Source of the DNA: Psammoneis japonica
Lineage: Eukaryota
DNA length: 64,000 nt
Assembly: GCA_008632985.1 (NCBI GenBank)
Contig: QPGO01000103.1
Location: forward strand, 186,001 to 250,000
Reading direction: 5' to 3'
In this document: one piece after another, positions 47,004 through 59,764 of the stretch
Numbering within the stretch: the stretch's first letter is position 1
Layout of the letters: the number at the start of each line of letters is the position of its first letter
The notes under the pieces: generated by a model
What the model was told of the DNA's origin: nothing
The model's input: only the letters and a program-made list of their open reading frames with translations
Databases searched by the model: none
Made by a program: the position numbers and the translations under genes

Positions 47004-48818
47004 AATCTGTACTACTTCAGGGCTGAGCGACGGCATTACAGAGTAGAACATGATTTCTTGCAAACACTCAAAATTGATAAGAGTAGATTGCCTACGTTAT
47101 CTATTTCTTTGGTTCCTTTTCTTTTCCGTCGTTCTCTTTCATGGGGGGGATTGAATCTCTGCCACAGTGCCATTTGTGGACACAAGAGTCATCATCTTTG
47201 AGGTGCAGACGAAACAACAGGCACAAGGGGGCATCAACGGACCCACCACTGTAAAACTTGTCTGAACAGAGTGAAACAAAAACACCCCTTCTTCGTTGGT
47301 CAAAAGCCGTTTGGAATCCCTTCCATCTCATTGGCCAGTTCTGGCTCATCATGGTGTGATCATGTGATGCTGTGAATTTACTTGGACAACATCAGTTTCT
47401 CTGCTGGTTTTGGTCTTTGCTTCAAACACCTGCCATGTTACACCAAATGCAACAATTGTTGTTCCTGATGACATTTGCTCCTTGCATGCTGTCACATGAT
47501 TGATGCAGCCACTCCAGAAGCCACAGTTCATGCAGTCTTGGCAAGGCAGGCAGTGGCTTCCAAGTGTGTTGTGGGTTGGGCAGCACTCTCCCATTGTGAA
47601 AACCACCAGCTCTTGGCCACAGCAATGAGTGTGACTTTTTCACCAATGACACCCAGCAGCCCATCTCAGAAAACCTTTCCACCATCTGCAATGCACCCTG
47701 GCACAGCAATGAAGCCCTTGTCATCAGGGAGTCATCCCTCCTGTTGGCATCACCATGACAGACTCGCAGAGCTCCTTTTGGGAGCAAAAATCTCCACGTG
47801 CCCCTCCTCATCTCTCAGCCTCTCAGCTTTTTGCATTCTTTGGGTGCACTTTGTGACACTTGACTGGATCAGCCAACAGTCATTTTGGGTGCAATGTGCA
47901 AGAATGGCACTTAAATCCAGTGCACATGCTGTCAGCTGTCACCAAATTGTGGGGGTGGAGTCACTTGGAGCCTCCCGCACAGCTTCCTCTGGAGACAGGA
48001 AGAGCTGCTGTGCTTGTTGTTGCACTGACGGCAGTGTGCTGTCACTTCCTTGATCCATGATGTCAGCTTGACAGGCACCATCACTTGTTGCAGATGCAAT
48101 GGCACTGCACATGGGGAGTTTTGCCACTGTCTTGTTCTTGGCGCAAGTTGTGTTGTTGCAAGCAGCTGCTGCTGCGCACACACCATGGTTGACACCTGAG
48201 GGCAAGGAGCAGGCACCCACTCCTGCCATTTTTGCTGGCAACAACAATTTTGTTTGGACCCATTGAGTCAAAGAGATGGGGGGGGCACATGCAGCACAAA
48301 AGGGGCAGGACAGCTTGGAGAGAGTGACTTCAAGACAGCAAAAATCGCCACAGCTTGTTCACACTGATGAAACGAGGATTTCATCACCACCGCTGCACTC
48401 ACTGGGGCTCACCACCCAAAGAATTCTCAGAGCATTTATGATGTCACTGAGCAGTTGACCATTGAAGGCCGAGGATGGGCTTTTGTCAAGAGCCTTGCAA
48501 TCGGACTGCTCTCAGAGGATGCAGCAGAGATGCTGTACCTCATGGAAATGACGGCGGGCGGGGCGGCGGGCGCGGGAGGCGCCTTTTCTTAATGCGCGCC
48601 ATCGCGACCATGATGATGCGACGAGCGACGACGATGATTCGCGCAGATGGCTGTCATCTACTGTACTCTCGCATTTCGTATCATGGAAAGGTAAACAAGG
48701 CGTAGGCAAGCACAAGACACACTGATCAAGTGAAAAGGCAAGGCAAGGAAAGCGCTGTTTGGAAAAAAGGCACGTGACAAAAGCAAGGGATAAAAAGAGC
48801 CAGAGAAGTGAGGAAATA

Positions 48819-50642
48819 ATGTCGTTCTCGATTTTTTGGTCGCACGGACACGTCGTTCTTGCACTCTTGATTCTTTCCCTATCTTCCATATTATCATGGG
48901 CGCAAGAGTCTCCAGTTTATCAAACTCCTATTCTACATTACAGCGAATCTCACCGTCAGAGTGTCTGCGATCGTCAATCACAACTACACAACGGCAGGCA
49001 CACTCGAACTACGTAATGCGCTTTCTGGCTTGGAACTCCGACCGGCACTGTTTGTGGGAAACATTTCATCGTTTTTGCTGCAATCAAGTGTCATTCCGGA
49101 AAAAGATCCAGGGCTTATCGTTGAATTACTGGATGAACTTGCCGAACGGGGTGGATTTACGTGGCGTAATTCGTTTGGAATAGCGGACCTAGAGACAATG
49201 CCTCAAGGGACTTCATTTAATCAAGTCATGATTTGGTCCATGAGGACGTACGACCTTTCAGCAACATTGTGGTCTCAAACCCTCGAACGCATCAATCTCG
49301 GAGCCAGTTTTCCAGAGGGATGGTACGGCATACATCCTTGCGCATATCCTGATAGATTGGGACTCGCTTTCTTACGCTCTTATTCTTTTGTTTCGTTTTT
49401 TCGCAAAGGTTTGATGCAAGCATCATTATGGTGGGTGAAAAGGAGAAAAGTGAATCGGAGCTTGACGTCTGGGCGTTCTTGGAGCCATTTACTGCCGGCG
49501 TGTGGTGTATGATTGCTGTGACGATTGTTGTTTCCGGGTTGATCTATTGGTGGATGGAACGATACAACAAAGATAGCGATCGTCAAGAGTTGGGAGGACG
49601 CCCGACTGAACCCGTCTTTTTTGCAGCTCTCAGTTTTACCGGCGACATTAGCTTTCAACCCAGCACTGACTATGCTAGGCTATTTGTGGTTTCCTTGGCA
49701 TTTTTGTGTCTCTTGATCTGTTCCATTTACACAGCCAATTTGGCGAGTTTTCTCGTGGTGAAAAACACGCCGTCTATTCGCATTGAGAGTGTTGGGGACG
49801 CTGTGAATGCTGGAATGACAATGTGTACCGTCCGCCTTACCGCTGCAGAACTGCTGGTAATGAACGAGCATCCTGGAGCAAAGCTAGTTCGCCTAGATAC
49901 CGAAGAGGAACCCTTTCTTGGCGTCCGGAATGGGCTCTGTGATGTAGCAATAACTAGCGTTGCATCCTGGAGTAGGTTCCGTGGTCAAAGCTCAGTGAAT
50001 GGCGACTGCAGCCTGGCGTGGATCGGACGTGTCTTTCGATTCTTGAACGGAGGCTTTACAACACAATCTGACTCTGGGACTCTCTGCACCTCTCTTGTTC
50101 GCGACGCACTCAATTTACATCTTTTGGAAATGAATCAAGATGGTTTCATGGAAAAGGCTTGGGAGCGAGAGGTGGAACGCTCGTCCGACATTAACTGTGA
50201 CGCTAAGGATACGTCTGTCGAAAGAGAAGACGGATCCGTTCGACTCGGACTTCAAGACACGGGCGGCCTCTTTATTATACACTACAGCGTTGCCGCAGTA
50301 GCCATTATCCTGGCAATCTTTTCTAAGCGGAAGTTTCGAGAAGGGCAATTGTGCCAATGTGCGAAAGCGAGTCAGGAGAGTCACGTGAACGGCAACAAGG
50401 TGCAGTCAAAATGTGACTCTGAACCAGTAATGTCCTTGACCGATTCAACTAATGCAGGACACTGTGTTTCAATGAATCACGAAAGTGAGCTTGAAGCAAT
50501 GTACGAAAAGCAGTGTGAGGATATAGCAAAATTGCTCACAAACTTGCAGAGCATTCAGGAACAATCGAGAACAATGGGAGAGATGATTCGTCGTGGCAAT
50601 GCAGATGCTAGCGAATCGCATACGCAGTCATTGGAGATGTGA
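48819..50642 (+). CDS. Ionotropic glutamate receptor-like channel; intron 49323-49408; frame change near 49005
   Basis: FLEPFTAGVW, the IYTANLASFL M3 gate motif, S1/S2 ligand-binding segments, and LQDTGGLF before M4. Confidence 0.88.
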
Positions 50643-51141
50643 AGGCGACTTACGCGTCACCTACCGGTACGAGCGATTTTCATTTTGTTGTTTTCACTTT
50701 ATTGGAACCAAGTACCCTAACCCACAATGGCTATTGCGAGTCTACTGATGGGTTATGACTATTGCTGATGTGTTAGACGAGGGAGCGGGGCTACCGGGAG
50801 TGCCTAGCTAGCTCTGCTCTCTACTACCGGTAGCTAGAGAGAGGAAGATGAGATCAAAACAGGACCAAAGAAGCGCGTGATTTCCGCCTGTCGCGCGCGA
50901 TATACGCGTGGAAGCAACAGTCTGTCAGTCACTACCATACACCCAAAGTACCATACCATATGTACAAATCTACTTACACAAATAATTAGTACGGTTTCTA
51001 CACAAGAACAGATCTTATTTCGCGGTCGGTCTCTGCATGCCGCTGGCCGCGTCGCAACAATGACTGCCGCATCCACAAACTGTTGAATTGTTGCCGTTCC
51101 TTCCTCCCAACTCTTCTAACAACAACAATATCACAATCAAG

Positions 51142-53768
51142 ATGCAGGACGGCGCTTGGGATGTTACCGCGTCAGAAGAAATGACGGGCACTCGTTTGAG
51201 TTTTCACTGTTGGCCCTCCTCTCGGCTCGAGGCGACCCGCTGCGTCGCCCCAATCGGTGCTCTCTACACTCCGCTCAAACGCATCGCTCCCAATTGCTCT
51301 CCTCCCACGGCACTTCCGTACGATCCTATTCGGTGCTCGACCCCGACGTGTCATTCCGTTTTGAATCCGTACTGTCAGGTGGACTTTCGTTCCATGCTAT
51401 GGGTCTGTCCGTTTTGCCTTACGCGCAATCACTTTCCTCCACATTATGCGGAAAACATGACTGAGCAAAATCTGCCGGCAGAACTCATTCCACAGTACAC
51501 CACGTGTGAATATGAACTGCCTAGTGTGCCTGATATGGGACCACCGACGTTTTTGTTTGTGGTGGATACGTGTATTCACAAGGAGGAATTAGCAGAGCTC
51601 GCGGATTCCTTGCAGCAAGTGTTGAACTTATTGCCAGAGCAGTCGCGTGTCGGATTAGTCACGTATGGGACAAACGTTCAAGTGCATGAGTTGGGCTTTG
51701 ATGCCTGCAGTAAGGCTTATGTGTTGCGTGGAAACAAGGAGTACTCTCCCGGTAAAGTGGGTGAACTGCTCGGATGCACCACACGTGCCATGGGCGGTGC
51801 TGGTACTGCTCCTGCTCCTCCAGGACAGCCACAACAGCGTGGTGGTGCTCCTCCTGGTGCACCAACCGCCAATGGACAAGCTCACATGACTCCTGGTGCT
51901 GGTGGTCCCGCTGAAGAAGTGTTGAATCGCTTCCTCTTGCCCGTATCGGAGTGCTCCTTTACTCTCGAATCCATTCTCGAAGAGTTACGCCGTGATCCAT
52001 GGCCCGTTCCCAACGACAAGCGTGTCGCTCGTGCCACGGGATGCGCTCTATCCGTGGCCACGTCGCTCCTTCACTTGGCCATTCCTCGTCATGGAGCTCG
52101 CATTATGCTCTTTACGGGTGGCCCGTGCACCTCGGGTCCGGGTACCGTTGTGTTGCGCAACAAGGAAGAAGACATGCGGTCTCATCAAGACTTGGCCAAG
52201 AACGCCGAACCGCTCTACCAACCGGCCTGTGAGTTTTATGCCAAACTCGCACACCCTTCCACGTATGCGCAACCAACGGGAAGAAAAAGAACAAATCAGC
52301 GCCACCGCCGCAAGCGTCTCCGAGTTATCATGTCGTGGATATCTTTGCGTGTTCACTCGATCAAGTGGGACTTCTCGAAATGCGCTCGCTCGTCGAAGCC
52401 ACGGGTGGATTGACCGTGCTGGGTGATTCCTTTGGACAGTCTGTATTCAAGGAATCGCTCCGTCGTGTCTTTGGACGTTATCCAGAGGACGTTCCCGAGG
52501 ATGCAGGCAAAATGCAAATGGCCTTTGGGGGGACGCTTGAAGTCTTGACGAGTCGTGAATTCAAAGTATCCGGTGCCATTGGACCCGTCTCGTCGCTCAA
52601 CAAGCACAGTCCCAACGTGTCAGATCTCGAAGTGGGCAAGGGCGGGACCAACGCGTGGAGTTTGGGCGGGTTGGATCCCAACACGACCATTGCCGTGTAC
52701 TTTGATGTCACCAATCCGGGCAATTCGCCACTACCCGAAGGAAAACGCCGTTATATGCAATTCCTTACCAAGTATCAACACTCGAGTGGCAAGACACGGA
52801 TCCGTGCCACGACGTTGTGTGGACCGTGGCATAATCCTCCACCGAAACAAGACGAGGCGCAACAGCAACAGCAGCATTACTCCATGGCGAATGATCCCGT
52901 CAAGCTCAGTTTCGATCAAGAGGCGGCGGCTGTCTTGACGGCACGCATGGCGGTCTATCAAACGGAAACAGACGAAGTGGGTGATGTCCTTCGTTGGGTT
53001 GATCGCAGTTTGATTCGACTCTGTTCCAAATTTGCCGAGTACACGCCCGAAGATCCCAACAGTTTCCGGCTTTCACCAGAGTACTCGCTGTATCCGCAAT
53101 TTATGTTTCATTTACGTCGGTCGCAGTTTCTACAGCTCTTTAACTCCAGTCCCGACGAAGCGTGTTATTACCGTTATGTGCTGTGCCGTGAATCGACGAC
53201 TAATTCACTGGTAATGATTCAACCGACGCTGTTGAGTTATTCCTTCAATGGCCCGCCACAGGCAGCTCTGTTGGACTCGGAGAGTGTCACGCCCGATACA
53301 ATCTTGTTGCTTGATACCTTTTTCCATGTCGTTGTCTTTCACGGTGAAACCGTGGCAGCGTGGCGTGAACAGGGTTATCACGAACAAGAAGAACACGCTG
53401 CCTTCAAGACGCTGCTAGAGTCACCCCAAGTGGACGCACAGCTAATCATGGATTCACGCTTCCCTGTTCCGCGGTACATTGTGTGTGATCAACACAAATC
53501 GGAGGCACGCTTTTTAATGGCCAAGTTAAATCCGTCCGTGACGCACAATTCCAATTTGGATGGAGCCAGTGTCGGGCATACCCAAGTCAATACGGATGAT
53601 GTGTCGTTGAGGGTCTTTATGGAACATTGTGAGTTCAATTGAAATTGTAATTGCTTGTTTTGATATGATTGCTGAGTGTTGTTTTGTTGTGCCGAAACTG
53701 TAACTGACGTGTGTTGTTGCCTTTGCCTGATTCTCGTCGCAGTAATGAAACTAGCGGTTCAAAGTTAA
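51142..53768 (+). CDS. SEC23: COPII coat subunit Sec23; frameshift near 52290; intron 53629-53742
   Basis: [10 protein letters not shown], the zinc finger C..C.SVLNPYC...[45 protein letters not shown], and the spliced end FMEHLMKLAVQS. Confidence 0.95.
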
Positions 53769-54111
53769 GGGGTACTTCTAGCTCTAGAATGCACTACCGG
53801 TACATGAAGCATCTCTGTGATTGTTGGGCGGTGACGTTTCTGGCAGTTCGTGAAGCAAAGTATTTTATGATAAGATTTCTATACTATGTTCCCATTATTA
53901 ATTATTAGTAGGTTCAGTGACCCAACCTTTTTACAGACAAACACCTGTGCGCTGTCGTCAAGTCACAAAGCGTTACACAATGGATATAGCATGTAACAGC
54001 TTGAGAATATACTCTCTAAGAACGGGGCATGGATAGTACAACACCAAACTGCATCTTTGGTTTGCATTAAACATCGTCTGATTTAGCAGCACCAGCCTAA
54101 GCACTGCAAAA

Positions 54112-55198
54112 TCACTCACAGTGACTTGCGGAATAGACAGAGTCACTCGCTTCCGAAACGAAGAACGAATCGGATTGGCTCAGCTGCTCAGACACATCTC
54201 GTGGCGACGAGTGGTGAGATGACACCGACGAGTTGGAAGACTTAAGGTACTTCTTGGTTCCTGCCGCTTGATACTTGGGATCAATGGTCTTCATGAGAGA
54301 CTTGAGATCAGCGTTCTTTTCAAACAACTGCCGTAACTGACAAGAGACAACGACCAACTCACGCGAAGAGTGTTTGAGATGGACCGCACTGAAAATGAAG
54401 ATAAGATGATCGAAACCGAATAACAGTGAGTACAGATGTGACATTGTGAAAACACTCAAGAATACTGCTCTTCTAAACATACCTTGCCATATGATGCTGT
54501 AGGTGTAGGCGCTGCCATGTTGGTAAACTGGCTTCGTCAATGCCTTCCATGGCAATAAGCATCGCCGCGTAAGCAACGACGGATGGCTTGCACTTGACGA
54601 ACTTGTAGACGCAAACAGAGATTTCCACAATGAAGCGAGAAACCTCAGCAATCATGAATTTGATAGAGGGGAGGGTGTTGGAAGGAAAGAGGTCCAAATA
54701 ATGCCGAAGAAAGCATGTAGGGGTGGGCGGATGAACGTTCCACTCTAGCGCCCACAGAATCTCTTGTTCCATGTCGATCACATCTTTTGTGGTAAAAAGT
54801 CCGCGACTCAGCTTCACCAAAGAATCCATCTTTATACAATTCACGTCATAAAGCTTCAGCGCCAGATGTAAAGCTGCCATGGCGGCAAGCTGAAACTTTT
54901 TTCGCGAATCAATCACACCGCACTCCTTGGATAGACAAACATCAAGGTACTTAGCGCTGATCGAAACCACGTCGCGGTTGAAGTTGCAGTGGTCCACCAC
55001 AACGTACATCCATTCGCACATCTTCTGACGCCACACCTCATCAACCCCCTCAAACTTCATATCGTCCCTTCTTCCCAGGTAGTCTTCGCAGAGATATGTG
55101 CTCGACTCCTGTCTTCTCATTACAGCCAATATTTTCACCAGCTCCTGCATCTCTGTTGATGGTGCCTTCCTTCGCATTCTTGTGCGTCTAGACGACAT
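54112..55198 (-). CDS. Cyclin (diatom-specific cyclin-like); intron 54389-54482
   Basis: Cyclin box WRQKMCEWMYVVVDH...YLD...FQLAAMAALHLALK...MEQEILWALEWNVHPPT. Confidence 0.9.
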
Positions 55199-58100
55199 GG
55201 CTTCTTCTACTTTATCACAGAATACAACGTATGATAACCGTCAATCCGAACCGGATGTGGCAGTGGAGGCGTTGTGGTTTGTTAGCGGCTGCCGTGGATG
55301 AAAAGTGAGACATGTCGCGACTCAGCGATAATTTTTCTGGTCTCGCTTCTTGTTAAGAATTTCCTCAATTATGGATATGACCAAAAAGCTATGAATTTTG
55401 AAAAATGTCCTCGCCTATTTTGTTTATGGACACATTTTCTGTTCAAAGGTCACCTCACTAATTAGCGATTGTTAATCTATATTCACACTTGAAAAGGTTT
55501 AAAAATTTGCTATTAAATACTGATGTTTACGCTTTCTACTGAACGATGTATGTGTATCATCGCTCACATCGATCATATTCAACGATACTAATCCCTCAAC
55601 GGAATCAAAAGCAGTTGAATAATTTTGTTACATATACCAGTATTAACATTATAAAATATCACAACGGAGACCAAATATGTTTGTAGTTAAACAACGCTGT
55701 ATGTTCGAAGACGGGACTGCGCTCAGTGTTGTACGTACATAGGGCCCCATGTGTCAAAGCACGATGGCTTTTTGCCCGCCCGTTTGATGAATCTTGGGAT
55801 TCGTTTTTCTTCTGTTGGAGAAGGAGGGAACCATCCAAGTCCACACTTTGGTGGCGATGAAGAGACCAACACCACCAATGCATTCGTGCTCTCTGTTGGT
55901 TTGCATGTTTCTGAAAACAGTTGTCATCATCTGCTGCTTGTTGCACTTCTCCTCCCAGAGCTTGGCTCACTTTGAAAAATGAAAGCCGAGAAGCAATGAG
56001 AGCAAACACACTCTGGCTGGACAGGCCACCAGCCACAGACACCCAGCTGTGCATTGTGCCAGTGCAGGCCAAGTGCAATGAGTGCACCTCTCTTTCCTCT
56101 TCTCCACTTTTTGACAAGAGGAACCTTGTCGTCACAAGGGCTGTGCTGCTGAGAAAGTGTGTCTTGCCCTCATCTCGAGCCACAGCTGGCAAGAAATTGG
56201 GGGGGGGGGGGGGGTGCTCTCTCCTGTTTTGCAGCATCAACATGCAATTCTAAAAAGAAGTTGCTCAAGCTCAGGGTCCACCCCTGCCTCAACGGGTTGA
56301 GTGCTCGCAACCTTGCCTGCTGCAAGCGCAGCTTGATGAAAGGGTGCGACTTCGCTGCCAAAATTTGCTGCAGTGTTTCGCTCTTTTTTGGCAGTCTTGA
56401 GAGCACATTCTTTGTGTTCCCAACACTTGCTGCAGTGCAAAACAGGGTCTTTGCAAGTGCTGGGCTCTGCTGCAGCCTGGACTTTCTCGCGCTTTTGTTG
56501 AATCGGGGCACTTTTCAAAAATGAGGACCATGTGGCAGGTCACCAGCATTTGCCAATTTTGCACCACGTGCCCACCTTCTCCAGCTCTGCAGTGGCACAG
56601 CACATTGAAGAATCTTCCTGTGGCAGGATTTGAGAACAGGGTCCCAGTTGTGCATGATTGTTTGTTGCGCGCTGCAGTCAGTTTTCACATGCAGGCTCAT
56701 GTGCTGTTGTTTCTGTCCTCTGTTCATGTGTGGGCCATGTGGTTTTGCTTTTGAGCCAGGCAGCTCTAGCAAGAAACAAACTGCAGCAATGGTTGTCATG
56801 ACATGATGCAAAGTAAGAAAGCACCTCCAGCTGGCTTGCTTGCAGAGGTTTTCAACTTGCTGCTCTGCTCGTTCCTTGCAACAAGCAGCCCACAGTGCCC
56901 AGCTGCCAGCTGCAGGCAAGAATGTGCTGGCACAGCTCTGTGGATGTGGGATGGGAAGCTCAGCACTCAACTGCAAATGGGGCAGTGCAGCCAGATGGCC
57001 TCTGATTTGTGAGTGGGCTGAGCGCTCACAAGTCTGAACTCGAGCCAAGATTCAGGTCAAGCTCATTTTCCAAACCCAGCCAAGCTTTTTGCCTTGTCCC
57101 GCCTGGGTTCTGTCTCAACTCCACTTCTTTCACCATGGTTCTTGCTGGGCAACATTTTGATGGTGGGTTTCCATCATGTGGCTGGCACTGTTTTGGCTCA
57201 ATCTGCTGACAGCTCTCTCTCCACTTGCTTGTTGGGACAAGGAACAATTTTGACAAAAGTCAGAAAGCACATTTTTGCAAGCTGCAGTCAGCTTGTCATG
57301 AAAAAGCAAAGGGGATCACATGGCCTTGACAAGGCATGGCAACAATGTGTGGGTTCATCATTTTGTCAAACAAAGGCAAAGTGCCAGGACAGTGAAAACC
57401 CTGCAAATGTCATTGGGGAGATTCATCATGGGGCCGGTGCAGGGCCATGTTGAATCATCAAGAAATGGCCAGCAGCCAACAAAAATGCTAGAATGCAATC
57501 CCTGTTTGGAAAGGTTGCCTTGCAAACAGTGTGTTGGCTCCTGGTTTGGAAAGTTCTCCCAGCACCAGGGAAGCAAAACAAGTGATGGCAACCTTGACCA
57601 TTGTTGAAGACAGAGAATGAGCTGCTGATTTTCAGAATGAAATGGTCTGGTTGACATGTGAAACTTCAGGTGATTCGCTGATCTGCACAGCCAGTGCATG
57701 GTGGGTGGTCATCAGGAGATGAGTTGCCAATGGATTTGACAGCCTTGGAACAATTGCACGAACTGGTTGTTGTGTTTTGTCTTCAATGTCATTGTGAAAA
57801 TGATCAATTTGTGCCTCTGCTGGCAAATTTTTGCTGGCCCTCAACCCGTTTTGTTTTCTTGACAATGCATGATGGCCGTGAAGTCATGGAAATGCACTGG
57901 AGCAATGATTTTTGAGAGCATCCTTGACCCCAGTTGAAGATGCTTGTGCTCAATGATGACACCAGACAAGAAACCTCAAAATCAGTCAACTCTTGTCTGG
58001 GGCAAAGGTGGGGCTGGGAAAACTGTGACAACAAAGATTGTTTGGCATTGTTTGGTGACTCTGTCTCAACAATCAAATTGATCATTGCAAGTTTCCATTT

Positions 58101-58298
58101 GAGCACCAGTCTTGCAGTCCAACCCATCTTGGAATCTTTTGAAAATGCCTGCATGGTCTCAAATGTCAATTCATCTTGCTTTGGAAAATTCATTGATGTT
58201 TGCTTTGACACAAATGGCTCCTTGGTGTTGGCTTCAGTGGAAACTCATCTGCTGGAAAAAGTCAGTCTCAGCTCACAGGCACTGGGAGAATGCAGCTG

Positions 58299-58472
58299 CC
58301 ACATTTTCTGCAAAATTCTTGCTGTGCTTCCACAAAGTTCAAACAAAACATGGGCGTTGCTGGTGCCACACCAGAAGAATTTGTGATGACCCCACATTTT
58401 CTGCAAAATTCTTGCTGCGCTTCCACAAGAGTTCAAACACAACATGGGCATTGCTGGTGCCACACCAGAAGA
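58299..58472 (+). repeat. ~94-bp tandem duplication
   Basis: cacattttctgcaaaattcttgctg.gcttccacaa...catgggc.ttgctggtgccacaccagaaga occurs twice. Confidence 0.85.
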
Positions 58473-58689
58473 TTTTGTTGTGACGGCCGCATCTAAAACC
58501 TTTGACCGCAGGGAATGGAGTTGTGGATGAAGACACTTTTTGCGAGTTGTGAACTGCCTTGGATGCCATTGGATTTGAGCCAGATGAACAAATGGATTTG
58601 TTTGCAATTGTTTGTGGCTTCTTGCATGCTTCCAATTTGACATTTGCAGATTTGGGTTCTGATGCCTCTGCCCTTGACATGGAGAATCA

Positions 58690-59330
58690 GTGAGATGGCA
58701 ACATCAAAATGAGCAAAACGCTGTCAAGTCTTGCAAGGTTGCAACATGACATCATGGGGGTGGAGATGGCAGCAACATGTGCAAAAATGTTGTGGCAGAC
58801 ATCAAGCAGTGGTTTTTGCAGCAATGAAAGCACCCCAATCTTTGACATTTTGCCTGCAAGATTCTGGATGAGAGCAACATTGTGCCAAGATGGATCTCCA
58901 TGCCAGATGCCCCATTTGAAGAATCTTCCCATTGTTTGCTCAAGCAGCTGCGTGACTGCATCACAACTCACATGTTGACAGATGTTTTCTCCAACAAGTC
59001 AGGCATTGCCATTGTGTCACCCCCACCCCATTTGCCTGAGAGGACAAATGAGAGATCCAACTGCTGCAGGCCCTTTCCCCCAGTGCTCCACAGCCTTCTT
59101 TGTGACTGCCTTGGTTCCAAGAACTTCCAAGAAATTGTTGTTTTCATTCAAGACATGCTGTGACTTCAAGCATTTGAGCACACAGAGGTTGCCATTTTCT
59201 TGCTCATTGCTTGAAACACCCTTCCATGACGGTGATGCCCAAGTTCACTCAACAAGTGCAATTTCTTGTTGTTTGACTTTGGCATTTGGCCCTTGCAAAA
59301 GTCAGGATTGTGTTGGAGTTTTTTGCACCG
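58690..59330 (-). pseudogene. Degenerate protein-kinase-like fragment
   Basis: ELGHHRHGRVFQA (Gly-loop-like) and GIWHGDPSWHNVAL (HGDxxxxN catalytic-loop-like), with stops and frameshifts. Confidence 0.4.
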
Positions 59331-59764
59331 TCCTGGTGCATCTTTTCAAACAATGGAGAGATGATCACATTGATGGGCAGACATGTGGGCTGCAGGAGTT
59401 TGCTCCATTTCTCCCAGCACCCAAGCCAGGACTTTCAATGCAACCAGCAGTCCATGTGACATGACTGCCAATGCATGGAGAGCACTTGGTTCTCATCTTT
59501 GTTGTCCACATCAGCATTGCCACAGGGTTGGGGCAAAGGAGGAGGTGAGTTGCAAATTTTTGTGCATCCACACCCACTCCTTCTTGTCCTTTTTTGTGGC
59601 ATGACAAATGGGTTTGTTGCACCTGAGGCAGATGGACAGGGTGAGCTCATCTTGTCTGCCATTTCTTGAAGCTCATTTGTCCCTCCTGCTGTGTCCTCCC
59701 CATGGGGAACCCATCTGAAGAAATGCCAGGAGTCACATGTGGACAGGATTCTACAGACATTTTT

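Noticed and set aside
22111..53768. Single frameshifts in FMO, coiled-coil, phosphatase, MYND, GLR and SEC23 genes as programmed frameshifting
   Set aside because: They are scattered across unrelated, otherwise intact genes including essential SEC23, several lie near short homopolymers, and I see no shared slippery motif. Assembly indel errors or unrecognised small introns are more likely; reads would decide.
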